A program made the translations under genes and the position numbers. A DNA stretch of 64,000 nucleotides from positions 479-64,478 of the forward strand of contig CAMBEJ010000009.1 of assembly GCA_945865375.1 (NCBI GenBank). The letters are read 5' to 3'. The stretch comes from Akkermansia muciniphila (GTDB taxonomy: Bacteria; Verrucomicrobiota; Verrucomicrobiia; Limisphaerales; F1-80-MAGS106). Positions 55,513-64,000 of the stretch are shown one piece after another. The notes under the pieces are model-generated. The model was not told the DNA's origin and searched no databases. It saw only the letters and a list, made by a program, of their open reading frames with translations. Each line of letters starts with the position of its first letter. Positions within the stretch are counted from its first letter, which is position 1.

Positions 55513-58500
55513 TCAACCATCCGGCAGCGACTCCACAATCGCCCTGTAAAAACGCAACGCTCGTCCCCCATCTCCAAAATCGACCCACTGAAGCGCCTCT
55601 TCCTCGAACAGCAATGTCGCGATAAACCCCCACGAAACCAGATCCGTTGAGGCCTCGATGCGGCAGCGGTAACCCGCAGGGGCTCTGAGCGTCAACTTCA
55701 CCTGGCCGTCGGTCTCCCGCTCCAACGGTCCAAACGAGGGCTTTTCTACCGGCGTCGGTGAACTGACGGAAATCGACACCCTCCCTACAGCGCTGTAACG
55801 AGTCCCATCCCAGGCGCGAAAGGTGAAACCGTCGCCCCCGACAAACCCCTTCTTGGCCGTGTAGATAAAGTTCGTGCCTTGGACCGCAAGTTTGCCGTTT
55901 TTTGGCCCTTTCAAGATGGGGCACCTCAAGCTATCTCCATCAGGATCGAAGACACCTAGCCCGGCTTTCAAGACTCGGGTATTCACAACGCTCAAGCTCT
56001 GGTTGGTAGAAACCGGGGGTTGATTCCGCGAAAGTACCCGCAGGGTAATCGTCGCGGAAGAACTTTGTTCTATTCCGTCAGAGACGCGGTAACTCAGGCG
56101 ATCATACCCCGTAAAATCGGTGGCCGGCGTGTAGGTCAGCGCTGGAGCCGTGCCCGTCACCGCGCCCCGTTCTGGCGGAGACAAAATCTCATACCGCAAA
56201 GGATCGTTTTCTCCATCCTTGGCCGAGAGCATCACCTCTGTCGCGGTGTTCAAGAACACATCCACTTTGCGATCGCCCACAGTGGGGGCGGTGTTCACAT
56301 CCGTCACAAGAATTCGAACCACGCCCGGAACGCTCTCAGATTCCGCATCGTGGACTATGAACTCGAACCGGTCACTCCCAAGAAAACCATCGGAGGACCG
56401 ATACACCCAGTTCGTGCCGATCCCTCCCAATGTCCCGTGTTCTGGCTGCGACCGGATACGCACGGTCAACGTTTCTTTTTCATCGTCGTCCTTCGCAGTC
56501 AGCGCCAGAGGCAAATCCCTTGCCGGTTTGGTTGTGATCTCAAGATCGCTCGCCACCGGGACGTTGTTGTTGGCCGTCACAGCCAGTGTGATCGTGGCGA
56601 TCGGCCCCTGCTCGCTCCCGTTGTTGGCTCGGTAAGTGAAACGATCGGTGCCTGAATAACCTTTCTTTGGAAAGTAAGTCGCCACCCCGGGATAGGTCCA
56701 CAAATCTCCATGTTCAGGACCGTCCACGACCACAAAGTTCAAGGTGTCCTTATCGGGGTTGTCAGCGGAGTAGGTGATGCCCTTGGACTGGTTCCTGTTC
56801 AAAATGAGAGATTGGTCTTTGGCGACAGGAAGATCCAGCGCGGGTTTGATGGCGATGAGAACCTCCCCCACTGCCTCCATCCCGGAGGCATCTCGCACTG
56901 TGTAGGTAAACCGATCCGTTCCAAAAAAATCGCTGCTCGGCAGGTACGTGAACTGTCCGGAAGATAAAGCTCTCAAAACGCCATTCGCTGGATCCGTCCA
57001 GTTCACCACTCGAAACAATTCGCCCTCAGGATCCAGGTCGTTGGCCGTCATATCGAACTGGATCGTCGTGTCTTCCTCGCCGATCACCTTGTCCGTCTCC
57101 GCGCGGGGCGCATCCGGCACGGGAGTCACTGTGATCTCCACGTTTGCCATCGCAAACCCGCCCTCGCTGTCGATCGCCGTGTAGGTGAACGAGTCTGTTC
57201 CAAAAAAGTCCGGATTCGGGATGTAACGCAACCTTCGGTCCGGCTGTGATACGGCCACACCGTGCTCAGCCTTGCTGAATTCCACGAGACGAAGCGCGCC
57301 TCCCCGTGAATCGATATCGTTCGCCAACGGGTCGAAAACCACATCCCCGTCCTCGATCACGACCATTCGATCATCCAACACCAAAGGAGCCACGTAATCA
57401 GGCCGCATCTCGAAAGAAACGCGCGCCTCCGTACTCAACCCCCCTCGATCCGTCACAGTCAGCGTCAACTCCTCACGCCCACTCCAAAAGCGGTCCGGGG
57501 CCGTCACCAACAAACGCCGGGCACCGCTCACTTCCGCCTTGAGTTCCCGATTCCCGGCGATGCTCCACTGCATGGTCGAGGGGGGATCGTTCGGGTCCTC
57601 CACGTAGCGGTCCAAGCGGATCGAAAAAAACGGCTCCCCGGTCCGGGCTATCTGGTTCGGAATCCCCAGAATTACCGGCCTCACATTCAACCTTCTTGAG
57701 GGAACAAAATAACCGCTGCGCCCCCCATCGCGCTGCCACATCGGCCATGGCATCGCCGCGCGGTCGTAAGGCGTCGGCACTTCCCAAACATAAAGGCTGC
57801 TGCGGTTCTTGCGCGTCACAGGGTCGTCCCCGACTGAATAAGCCGCCTCTTGGATCGAAACCGCCACCACGTCGAGGCTCCCGTTCCCGTCAAGATCTGT
57901 CAGGGTCACCGGGGATGTCTTGAGTCGGTTCCCTCCCCCCGCAGCCTCCATGAGGAGCACCCCTACACCCCCTGCGCCTCCCCATCGAATCTGGCGGCCA
58001 GCGAAACTCCAAGCCATCACCCCGCCGGCAAGGCTGACATCCCCCGCCGAAACGACTTGTCGCATTTGGCCTAAAACTGGAGCCACCACATCAGGGCGTC
58101 CGTCACCATCCACATCGCCGATCACAGGTCCAGATCTCAATGTCCCCTTGAGTCTTTCTCCCACCGGCCATCCATCCGCTTCGAACCCGTCCTGTCGCAG
58201 GATGTGAATCCGTCGGAAGTTCGAACTGGTCACACAGATCTCGAGCATGCCGTCCCCCTCAAAATCAGCCAGTGCTGGCGCGTTCACAAACGATTCCTCA
58301 AGGAGAACGGGAAAGTTCGACCACCGTTTTCCGAGGTGGTTGAACACATAAATCCCGCCCCGATTTCTGTCCTCTGAATCGTACGAGCCCACCACGACCT
58401 CATTCGTACCATCTCCATTCAGATCGCCGACCACGGGTGAGGACTTGAGAATCCCCTCCACGGACGCCACCCAGACCGGCCCATCCGCTTTCGTCAAATC

Positions 58501-61146
58501 GAACATCGCAATGCGGGAGCACCCGTAGCTCGCCACCAGCTCAAGGGCCTCGTCCGCATCAAAATTGCCCACGGCGGGCAGCAATTCGGGAGCGTCCCCC
58601 TCGAAGTCGCAGGGAGGAATTGGCCACTGCCGCACAATCTCTCCCTTTCGGTTCAACACGGTCAATTGCCTGTAGTCATTCCCTGAAACCGACACGGTTT
58701 CTCGTGATAACGTGATCAGCTCTAAAAATCCGTCGTGATCCAAGTCGGCAACCACTTTGCCCAGGTTGCCCGCGTTCATCTTGACGGGCCAGCCATTGCC
58801 ATACGGCGATCCATCCCAGCGAAATGCTGAAATCTGGCGGCCAGCCCCGGCATCCACAAATATCTCGGGATGCCCATCCCCATCCATATCACCGATCACA
58901 GGGACGTCGCTATAAGGTTCCCCAATGCCCAGGACGCGGGACCAGAACAGGGTGCCATCAGCTCGAAACACCTTCAGCTCCGCCGGTCGCCCTTCATCGT
59001 TGCCATGATCCACCAGAATGATCTCCTGAACGCCGTCTCCATCGAGATCCATGGTCGACGGCTGTCTCCAGTCTTCAACGGGAAATCCGCTGGAAATCGC
59101 GAGGTAACGCGGCCATCCAGGGCGCAATTGACCGTCAAGATAAAGCATCGGAACTTGATGCTCCGCGACCGTTTGACCCGCTTTTCGAGCCACTAACCGC
59201 AGCGTGTAGAACTGGTTCGGCTCCACCTGACTCGTGTCCCACCTCGCCAGGGTCTGCTGCAAGGCCTCTACGCGTCCCCCTTTCACAATCTCCAAACCAC
59301 TTGCCATCCACTCTGTTGGGGACCATCCGACCCCATAATCAACTGTGTATTCCAACCCGGCGCCAAACACCGATCCGATAATATCGATGAGGGTGCCTGC
59401 ACGCAGGACATCGTTGTTCAATGGAAACGCGATGCGAACATTCCTGATGTTGACGATCTCCTGGGCGCGCGCAATCTGCCCTGAACGCCCGGCCACAGTC
59501 AGCCTAAATGTGTGATTTCCGTCGGTCAGAACGGATGTGTCAAACCCGCTCGCCAACACCCCGTTGCTCACAGGCGCAGTGCCCCTATTCAGAACTCGCC
59601 ATCCCTCCGAAGTCGAACTGTCCTCCACAGCCAATTCATACGAGGCAAAAGAGTCGCCCTCAGCCGATCCCAGGACATTCACGACACCCTGGGTCAGCTC
59701 GGGCAGCTTTAAACGTGCCTCGGGCAACCGCTCCAGGATGCTCAACGCTCGCAAGGCGTTCACACGCCCAACGCCGATCGGATGATCCGCGCTCAGCGGG
59801 TCTGTGGTGTTCATCAGAATGTTCTCCACATCGGTGTTCGTAAATTCCGGATGCAAGGCAAAGATCAACGCCGCCACCCCCGAAACATGCGGGGCTGCCA
59901 TCGATGTCCCGCTCGAAAAATCATACGAAGAATCCGGATAGGTCGAAAGGATCTCCACACCGGGCGCCGCCAGATCCACATACTTTCCAAAGTTTGAAAA
60001 AAAGGCCCGCTGATCATTCCTGTCCGTGGCTCCAACCGCCAGGGTCACGGGGTAATTCGCTGGTGAAGGCGCTGTGTCCGTACGATCGTTGCCCGCCGCA
60101 GCCACAAAAACAATGCCGGCGCGGTGCGCTCGATTCACGGCCTCCTCCAGCGCCAGGCTCTTATCCGGCCCGCCCCAACTGGCGTTGATCACATGGGCCT
60201 TCTTGTCGATCGCATACTCAATCGCCTCAATGACATGGGCGATGTCCGAACTCCCGGTTTCATCGAACGCCTTCAACGCCATCAGGGAGATCTTCCAACA
60301 AATCCCAGCCACGCCCGCCTGATTGTTCCCCTCCGCCCCGATGATTCCAGCCACGTGGGTGCCGTGGTTCAAGTCATCGAATGGATCCCCATCGTCAGAA
60401 ACAAAATCGTAGCCATGCACATCGTCCACATAGCCGTTGCCGTCGTCGTCCTCACCGTTCTCAGGTGTCTCGCCGGGGTTGGTCCAGATGTTGTGGATGA
60501 GGTCTGGATGAAAATAATCAATCCCGGTGTCGATCACCGCCACCTTCACACGGCGGTCGCCGGTGGTGATTTTCCAGGCCTCCGCCATGCTCAAATCCAC
60601 TCCGGCTTTGCCTGCCCCTTGGCCCGTGTTCCGCAACGACCACTGTCTCGAAAATTCGATATCATCCGGGAATGGTCTCGGAGGAAAGGCGGCTGCATCG
60701 AACACCCGCAGCCTGTAATTAGGCTCCGCGTAAACAACGCCCTCACTCTGTCGCAAGCGCCGCAACACGCCCTGGGTCAAGCTCGGGTCTTTCACCCGTA
60801 ACACGGACAAATGGCTCAACAACCCGCTCTCAGCTCGCACGATCCCTTGTGGTTGCACACTCCCAACGCGATTCCCTTGAGGTCCCAAGTGGCGAAACGT
60901 GCCATTCCATTGATCCAGCAAAGTTTGCTTTCCGATCTGCGAAACAGTTTCGCGAAATCGCACCACGACCTCCCCTGGAACCGCGTCCACAGGCCTCGTT
61001 TCCTCAGCGTCGAAGTTCGCCCCAACCACGCTCCCTCCAAGAACCTGACCCCCAACAACAGCCACGAACCACAAACAACCAAGAACCACCCGCACAAAAA
61101 CAGGGGCAACCGACCTGCGCAGCACTGCCGGGAAGCATTGTCTCAT
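55513..61146 (-). CDS. Giant secreted subtilisin-family (S8) peptidase with FG-GAP/VCBS-like and tandem cadherin/Ig-like repeats and a C-terminal S-x-DL-x-x-W...FYRA domain
   Basis: Catalytic triad blocks VIDTGIDYFHPDL, HGTHVAGIIGA and GTSMAAPHVSG. GDxDGDG repeats. At least seven ~95-aa repeats ending ...GxDxFTY.a.dg. C-terminus ...RIEASTDLVSWGFI...ALRFYRAIVESLPDG. ATG at 61146; the track start at 61176 is TTG. Confidence 0.8.
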   Translation of the reverse strand: MRQCFPAVLRRSVAPVFVRVVLGCLWFVAVVGGQVLGGSVVGANFDAEETRPVDAVPGEVVVRFRETVSQIGKQTLLDQWNGTFRHLGPQGNRVGSVQPQGIVRAESGLLSHLSVLRVKDPSLTQGVLRRLRQSEGVVYAEPNYRLRVFDAAAFPPRPFPDDIEFSRQWSLRNTGQGAGKAGVDLSMAEAWKITTGDRRVKVAVIDTGIDYFHPDLIHNIWTNPGETPENGEDDDGNGYVDDVHGYDFVSDDGDPFDDLNHGTHVAGIIGAEGNNQAGVAGICWKISLMALKAFDETGSSDIAHVIEAIEYAIDKKAHVINASWGGPDKSLALEEAVNRAHRAGIVFVAAAGNDRTDTAPSPANYPVTLAVGATDRNDQRAFFSNFGKYVDLAAPGVEILSTYPDSSYDFSSGTSMAAPHVSGVAALIFALHPEFTNTDVENILMNTTDPLSADHPIGVGRVNALRALSILERLPEARLKLPELTQGVVNVLGSAEGDSFASYELAVEDSSTSEGWRVLNRGTAPVSNGVLASGFDTSVLTDGNHTFRLTVAGRSGQIARAQEIVNIRNVRIAFPLNNDVLRAGTLIDIIGSVFGAGLEYTVDYGVGWSPTEWMASGLEIVKGGRVEALQQTLARWDTSQVEPNQFYTLRLVARKAGQTVAEHQVPMLYLDGQLRPGWPRYLAISSGFPVEDWRQPSTMDLDGDGVQEIILVDHGNDEGRPAELKVFRADGTLFWSRVLGIGEPYSDVPVIGDMDGDGHPEIFVDAGAGRQISAFRWDGSPYGNGWPVKMNAGNLGKVVADLDHDGFLELITLSRETVSVSGNDYRQLTVLNRKGEIVRQWPIPPCDFEGDAPELLPAVGNFDADEALELVASYGCSRIAMFDLTKADGPVWVASVEGILKSSPVVGDLNGDGTNEVVVGSYDSEDRNRGGIYVFNHLGKRWSNFPVLLEESFVNAPALADFEGDGMLEICVTSSNFRRIHILRQDGFEADGWPVGERLKGTLRSGPVIGDVDGDGRPDVVAPVLGQMRQVVSAGDVSLAGGVMAWSFAGRQIRWGGAGGVGVLLMEAAGGGNRLKTSPVTLTDLDGNGSLDVVAVSIQEAAYSVGDDPVTRKNRSSLYVWEVPTPYDRAAMPWPMWQRDGGRSGYFVPSRRLNVRPVILGIPNQIARTGEPFFSIRLDRYVEDPNDPPSTMQWSIAGNRELKAEVSGARRLLVTAPDRFWSGREELTLTVTDRGGLSTEARVSFEMRPDYVAPLVLDDRMVVIEDGDVVFDPLANDIDSRGGALRLVEFSKAEHGVAVSQPDRRLRYIPNPDFFGTDSFTYTAIDSEGGFAMANVEITVTPVPDAPRAETDKVIGEEDTTIQFDMTANDLDPEGELFRVVNWTDPANGVLRALSSGQFTYLPSSDFFGTDRFTYTVRDASGMEAVGEVLIAIKPALDLPVAKDQSLILNRNQSKGITYSADNPDKDTLNFVVVDGPEHGDLWTYPGVATYFPKKGYSGTDRFTYRANNGSEQGPIATITLAVTANNNVPVASDLEITTKPARDLPLALTAKDDDEKETLTVRIRSQPEHGTLGGIGTNWVYRSSDGFLGSDRFEFIVHDAESESVPGVVRILVTDVNTAPTVGDRKVDVFLNTATEVMLSAKDGENDPLRYEILSPPERGAVTGTAPALTYTPATDFTGYDRLSYRVSDGIEQSSSATITLRVLSRNQPPVSTNQSLSVVNTRVLKAGLGVFDPDGDSLRCPILKGPKNGKLAVQGTNFIYTAKKGFVGGDGFTFRAWDGTRYSAVGRVSISVSSPTPVEKPSFGPLERETDGQVKLTLRAPAGYRCRIEASTDLVSWGFIATLLFEEEALQWVDFGDGGRALRFYRAIVESLPDG

Positions 61147-61360
61147 CGTGTCTTTGGCTGGCTCGCGGGTCAACAAATCAACGCCACCCTAGGCAACCTT
61201 CCGGCTCTGGACGATCTCCGCTCGCCGCCCCTCAGGCTTCTTATGTCTAACGCATCCATCACGCGCCCGAGGGAGGAGATTGTCAGGAGATAAGGCCTTG
61301 CGCAATTCAGTCCAGCTACGGTCGAACGCACAAAAGCGGCAGTTCGGTTCGGGCCTGGAA

Positions 61361-61436
61361 TGGGGTGGCCAACGGGACTCGAACCCGCAACAACAAGCTC
61401 CACAAGCTTGGACTCTACCATTGAGCTATGACCACC
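61361..61436 (-). tRNA. tRNA-His (GTG anticodon) with genomically encoded G-1 and 3' CCA
   Basis: The reverse complement folds as G(-1) GTGGTCA TA GCTC AATGGTA GAGT C CAAGC TTGTGGA GCTTG TTGTT GCGGG TTCGAGT CCCGT TGGCCAC C CCA. All four stems pair. The T-loop is TTCGAGT. The anticodon loop carries GTG. Confidence 0.85.
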
Positions 61437-61449
61437 ACAAAGAAAGAAA

Positions 61450-61478
61450 AGGTTAATCGTTTCAAGTCCGAGCGTCAA
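61450..61478 (-). promoter_or_regulatory. Candidate sigma70-type promoter for tRNA-His
   Basis: On the minus strand, TTGACG (61478-61473), a 17-nt spacer, then TAACCT (61455-61450). The -10 element ends 13 nt before the tRNA 5' end. Confidence 0.3.
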
Positions 61479-61561
61479 GTGCGTCTACAAAATCAAAAAT
61501 TTGAAATCCGAAATCAGCCCCGGTTCAGATATCCACCCTTCAGCCCTCCGCTTCTTTTTGG

Positions 61562-62470
61562 TCAGCTGCTGAAAATTTGATCCATTTCGGTCGAGAGCTT
61601 CTTCAATCCCTCAAGGGACCCGCCGCCGCCCTGCTCGGCAATCCCCCACCCCTCGTAACCAATATCATCGAGAGCCTTCATCACGGCGGGCCAGTTGTTG
61701 TCTCCTTTCAGAAACTCCACATCGAACCCTTTCCAAAGCCCTTCCTTGTCCCGTCGACCACGGCTGAATTCCTTGATGTGCAGCTTCTGAATGCGTTTCC
61801 CGAGAATGCGCACCCATTGTTCCGGCCATCCATAGTTGATCACATTGCCGACGTCAAAGTGCCACCCCACCCAAGGGCTGTTGAATTCGTCCACATACCG
61901 CGCCGCTTCCATCGGGCTTAACAAAAACTGGTTCCACACGTTCTCGATCGCGATCTTCACACCCGATTCCTCCGCAACGGGAATCGCCTTCCGGATCTCT
62001 TCTTGAGACCGTTTGTAAGCCTCTTCATAGCTCACACGCGCGTTGACAACCGCCGGGACAAACAGCACCGAGCTTGCCCCGTAACGCTTGGCATCGCGAA
62101 GGGACTGTAGCAACCCATCCAACCCCTCCTTGCGCGTTGTGGGATTAGGATCCGAAACAGGCTTCGCCCAATGCGTGCCGCAACAAACGCTGCAAATCTC
62201 AAGCCCCGTGGCATCTCGTGCCCGCAACACTTCCTCCTGATCCATGTGGCTGTTCGGTTCGACTCCCTCAAACCCCGCCTCTTTCAAGGCCGTGAATTTC
62301 TCAAGCACCGACCCTTTGACACCCACGGTCCCGAACATGATCCCCTTTTTGATCTTGCGCTTCCGTGGGTTGTTTGCGGGCGCGTCTTGCGCCAGAACCC
62401 CCGCCCCGGCCAAAGCCAGCGCCACAGTTGCGGATTCCCTTAAAAACGAACGGCGAGTCTTCGAGTTCAT
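61562..62470 (-). CDS. TAT-exported sugar phosphate isomerase/epimerase (xylose isomerase-like TIM barrel)
   Basis: Twin-arginine signal MNSKTRRSFLRESATVALALAGAG. AP-endonuclease-2/xylose-isomerase-like blocks (IAIENVWN, HFDVGN). Confidence 0.75.
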   Translation of the reverse strand: MNSKTRRSFLRESATVALALAGAGVLAQDAPANNPRKRKIKKGIMFGTVGVKGSVLEKFTALKEAGFEGVEPNSHMDQEEVLRARDATGLEICSVCCGTHWAKPVSDPNPTTRKEGLDGLLQSLRDAKRYGASSVLFVPAVVNARVSYEEAYKRSQEEIRKAIPVAEESGVKIAIENVWNQFLLSPMEAARYVDEFNSPWVGWHFDVGNVINYGWPEQWVRILGKRIQKLHIKEFSRGRRDKEGLWKGFDVEFLKGDNNWPAVMKALDDIGYEGWGIAEQGGGGSLEGLKKLSTEMDQIFSS

Positions 62471-62519
62471 AAATTCAAATTGACCACACTGCTTGATGGA
62501 GGCGGGTGTTCGGTTCGTG

Positions 62520-63863
62520 TCAGGCGAATTTGGTCAGGCCTGGAATGGCGACCGGAGCCTCATACAATTTCAAATCCCATCGGAACTCGGGATCCCCTTC
62601 CTTTCCTTCCTGGCCAACGGCTTGTTTGGTGAGGTTTTCCTCGGAATTCAGGGCCTGTTCCCAAGTGATTTCCTGCCCCGTATAGGCCGCCATCCGACCC
62701 ATGATCGCGATCATCGTGCTGCGGGACATCCTGTCCCCATCGTTCAGCGGTTGCCCGTTGCGGATCGAGGCAAACAGCTCGTCATGCTCCACCTGATACA
62801 TGTTCGGCCGCTCCCCGCTGAACCGCCAAGGATTCGCCCCCGTGATGGTGAGCGGCCCGAAAGCATTGATCCGGGCGATCCCTTTGGTGCCATTGATATG
62901 ATCCGCATTGGCTTGGGCGCACCCGCTCTGCTGGCGGCATGAATGATAGCCTCGAGCTCCGTTTGGATATTCATACACCACGCTGAAGTGATCGAATATA
63001 TGACCGTAATCCTTCCCAGTCCTAGCTTGCCTTCCTCCATGGGCAACGCACTTCAGAGGCGGCACATCCTTCATCGCCCACGCCATCTTATCGAGGCTGT
63101 GCACCGCTTGCTCGACAATGTGATCGCCCGAAAGCCAGGTAAAATAATACCAGTTCCGCATCTGATACTGCATGTCCGTCCACTCGGGCTTGCGAGGATG
63201 TACCCACAAAGACCCTGTGTTGTAAACCGTCTCCACCGCCATCGGCTCCCCTATCTCGCCGCCATGCACCCGCTTCATTAACTCACGCTCTCCGGCATTG
63301 TAACGCCAGCAAAATCCAGCCACCAACGATAGTTTTTTCTCCCTCGCCATTTGCACGCTAGCCATCACTGACCTGAGGCCCGGCGCGTCAGTAGCCATCG
63401 GCTTCTCGCAAAAAACGTGCTTCCCAGCCTCGATCGCCGCCTTCAGATGAAAAGGCCGAAACCCGGGAGGGGTCGCCAAAAGTACCACATCCACCCCGCT
63501 CGCCAAAACCTTCTTGTAGGCGTCCAGCCCGATAAAGGTGGTTTCAGGGTTCACCGCTATCTTCGATCGGATCGCTTCCTCCCCTTTTAATGACTTTAAA
63601 CTCCCCTGCAAACGGTCGTCGAAAATATCACCCATCGCCGTCAACATCACGTTCTTGTCCGCGTTTAAAGCTTGAGACGCGGCACCCGTGCCGCGCCCGC
63701 CGCATCCGATGAGCCCCACCTTGAGTGTCTCCGAGTTCGCCGCGTGCAATTTCGGTTTCACAAGGATGTAGGGCGCCAAAGCACCGCCGACAGCAAACGT
63801 CGTGGAGCCTTTGAGAAATTGCCGACGCGAATGAGGGATGTCCGATCCAGATTGGAAGTTCAT
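62520..63863 (-). CDS. TAT-exported Gfo/Idh/MocA-family oxidoreductase
   Basis: SRRQFLKGSTTFAVGGALA TAT signal, Rossmann VGLIGCGGRG, FCEKPMA block. ATG at 63863. Confidence 0.8.
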   Translation of the reverse strand: MNFQSGSDIPHSRRQFLKGSTTFAVGGALAPYILVKPKLHAANSETLKVGLIGCGGRGTGAASQALNADKNVMLTAMGDIFDDRLQGSLKSLKGEEAIRSKIAVNPETTFIGLDAYKKVLASGVDVVLLATPPGFRPFHLKAAIEAGKHVFCEKPMATDAPGLRSVMASVQMAREKKLSLVAGFCWRYNAGERELMKRVHGGEIGEPMAVETVYNTGSLWVHPRKPEWTDMQYQMRNWYYFTWLSGDHIVEQAVHSLDKMAWAMKDVPPLKCVAHGGRQARTGKDYGHIFDHFSVVYEYPNGARGYHSCRQQSGCAQANADHINGTKGIARINAFGPLTITGANPWRFSGERPNMYQVEHDELFASIRNGQPLNDGDRMSRSTMIAIMGRMAAYTGQEITWEQALNSEENLTKQAVGQEGKEGDPEFRWDLKLYEAPVAIPGLTKFA

Positions 63864-64000
63864 GGGAAAATTAAAGTTCCCCCCTTGATAGGACCGTCGA
63901 AGCAAGCCGTCAAGGTTTACCCTCTCGATTCAAAGCCGCAGATCCACAATCGTCTTCTCCGAGGCCGCTTCCCCTCCCAACTTTCTCTTGGGGCGAGAGC

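Noticed and set aside
63930-64000. A possible 3' end of another minus-strand gene (stop at 63930-63932) at the window edge
   Set aside because: Only about 23 codons are visible, with no motif, so it cannot be supported.

Overview
GC-rich (~58-60% by eye) chromosomal segment. Gene content fits the PVC superphylum, most likely Verrucomicrobiota (inference): a giant PVC-type CxxCH heme-binding/ThuA protein, an exosortase/EpsI pair, TAT-signal Gfo/Idh/MocA and xylose-isomerase-like enzymes, and giant Ig/FG-GAP secreted proteins. I support about 45 CDS, one tRNA-His, two gene remnants and several repeat families. In order, the window holds: an hsdR tail broken by an in-frame TAG; a secreted multidomain esterase; an FkbM methyltransferase; a TolC-like OMP; a His6-type hisA; a UPF0261 gene; a Phd/RelE TA pair; an Rsm22-like methyltransferase; a 1693-aa ThuA-dehydrogenase-HEAT-cytochrome c-ThuA protein; a VapBC TA pair; a cusCBA-like heavy-metal RND operon; an exosortase locus (ACP, short adenylating enzyme, SDR, LbH acyltransferase, EpsI, exosortase, two methyltransferases); an FAD oxidoreductase; an APC permease; an overlapping radical-SAM / flavin-halogenase-like pair; a minus-strand nucleotide-sugar operon (ugd, nadE, rfbB, DegT aminotransferase, epimerase, UDP-HexNAc dehydrogenase); dusB; a Dabb protein; a 674-aa Ig-repeat protein; an LptF/G permease overlapping a GAF histidine kinase; an ~1880-aa S8 peptidase; tRNA-His; and two TAT-exported sugar enzymes. 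The main unexplained structure is non-coding. A ~190-235 bp foldback MITE-like element with (CGTAAT)n/(ATTACG)n hexamer arms occurs five times, always just upstream of a start codon. A second ~20-nt motif recurs at gene 3' ends, mainly in the exosortase locus. Other candidates are the exosortase-linked ACP/adenylase/KR/acyltransferase cassette, a C-terminal S-x-DL-x-x-W...FYRA domain shared by the two giant secreted proteins, and the radical-SAM/flavoprotein pair. No database search was possible. All family calls rest on motifs read directly from the translations.
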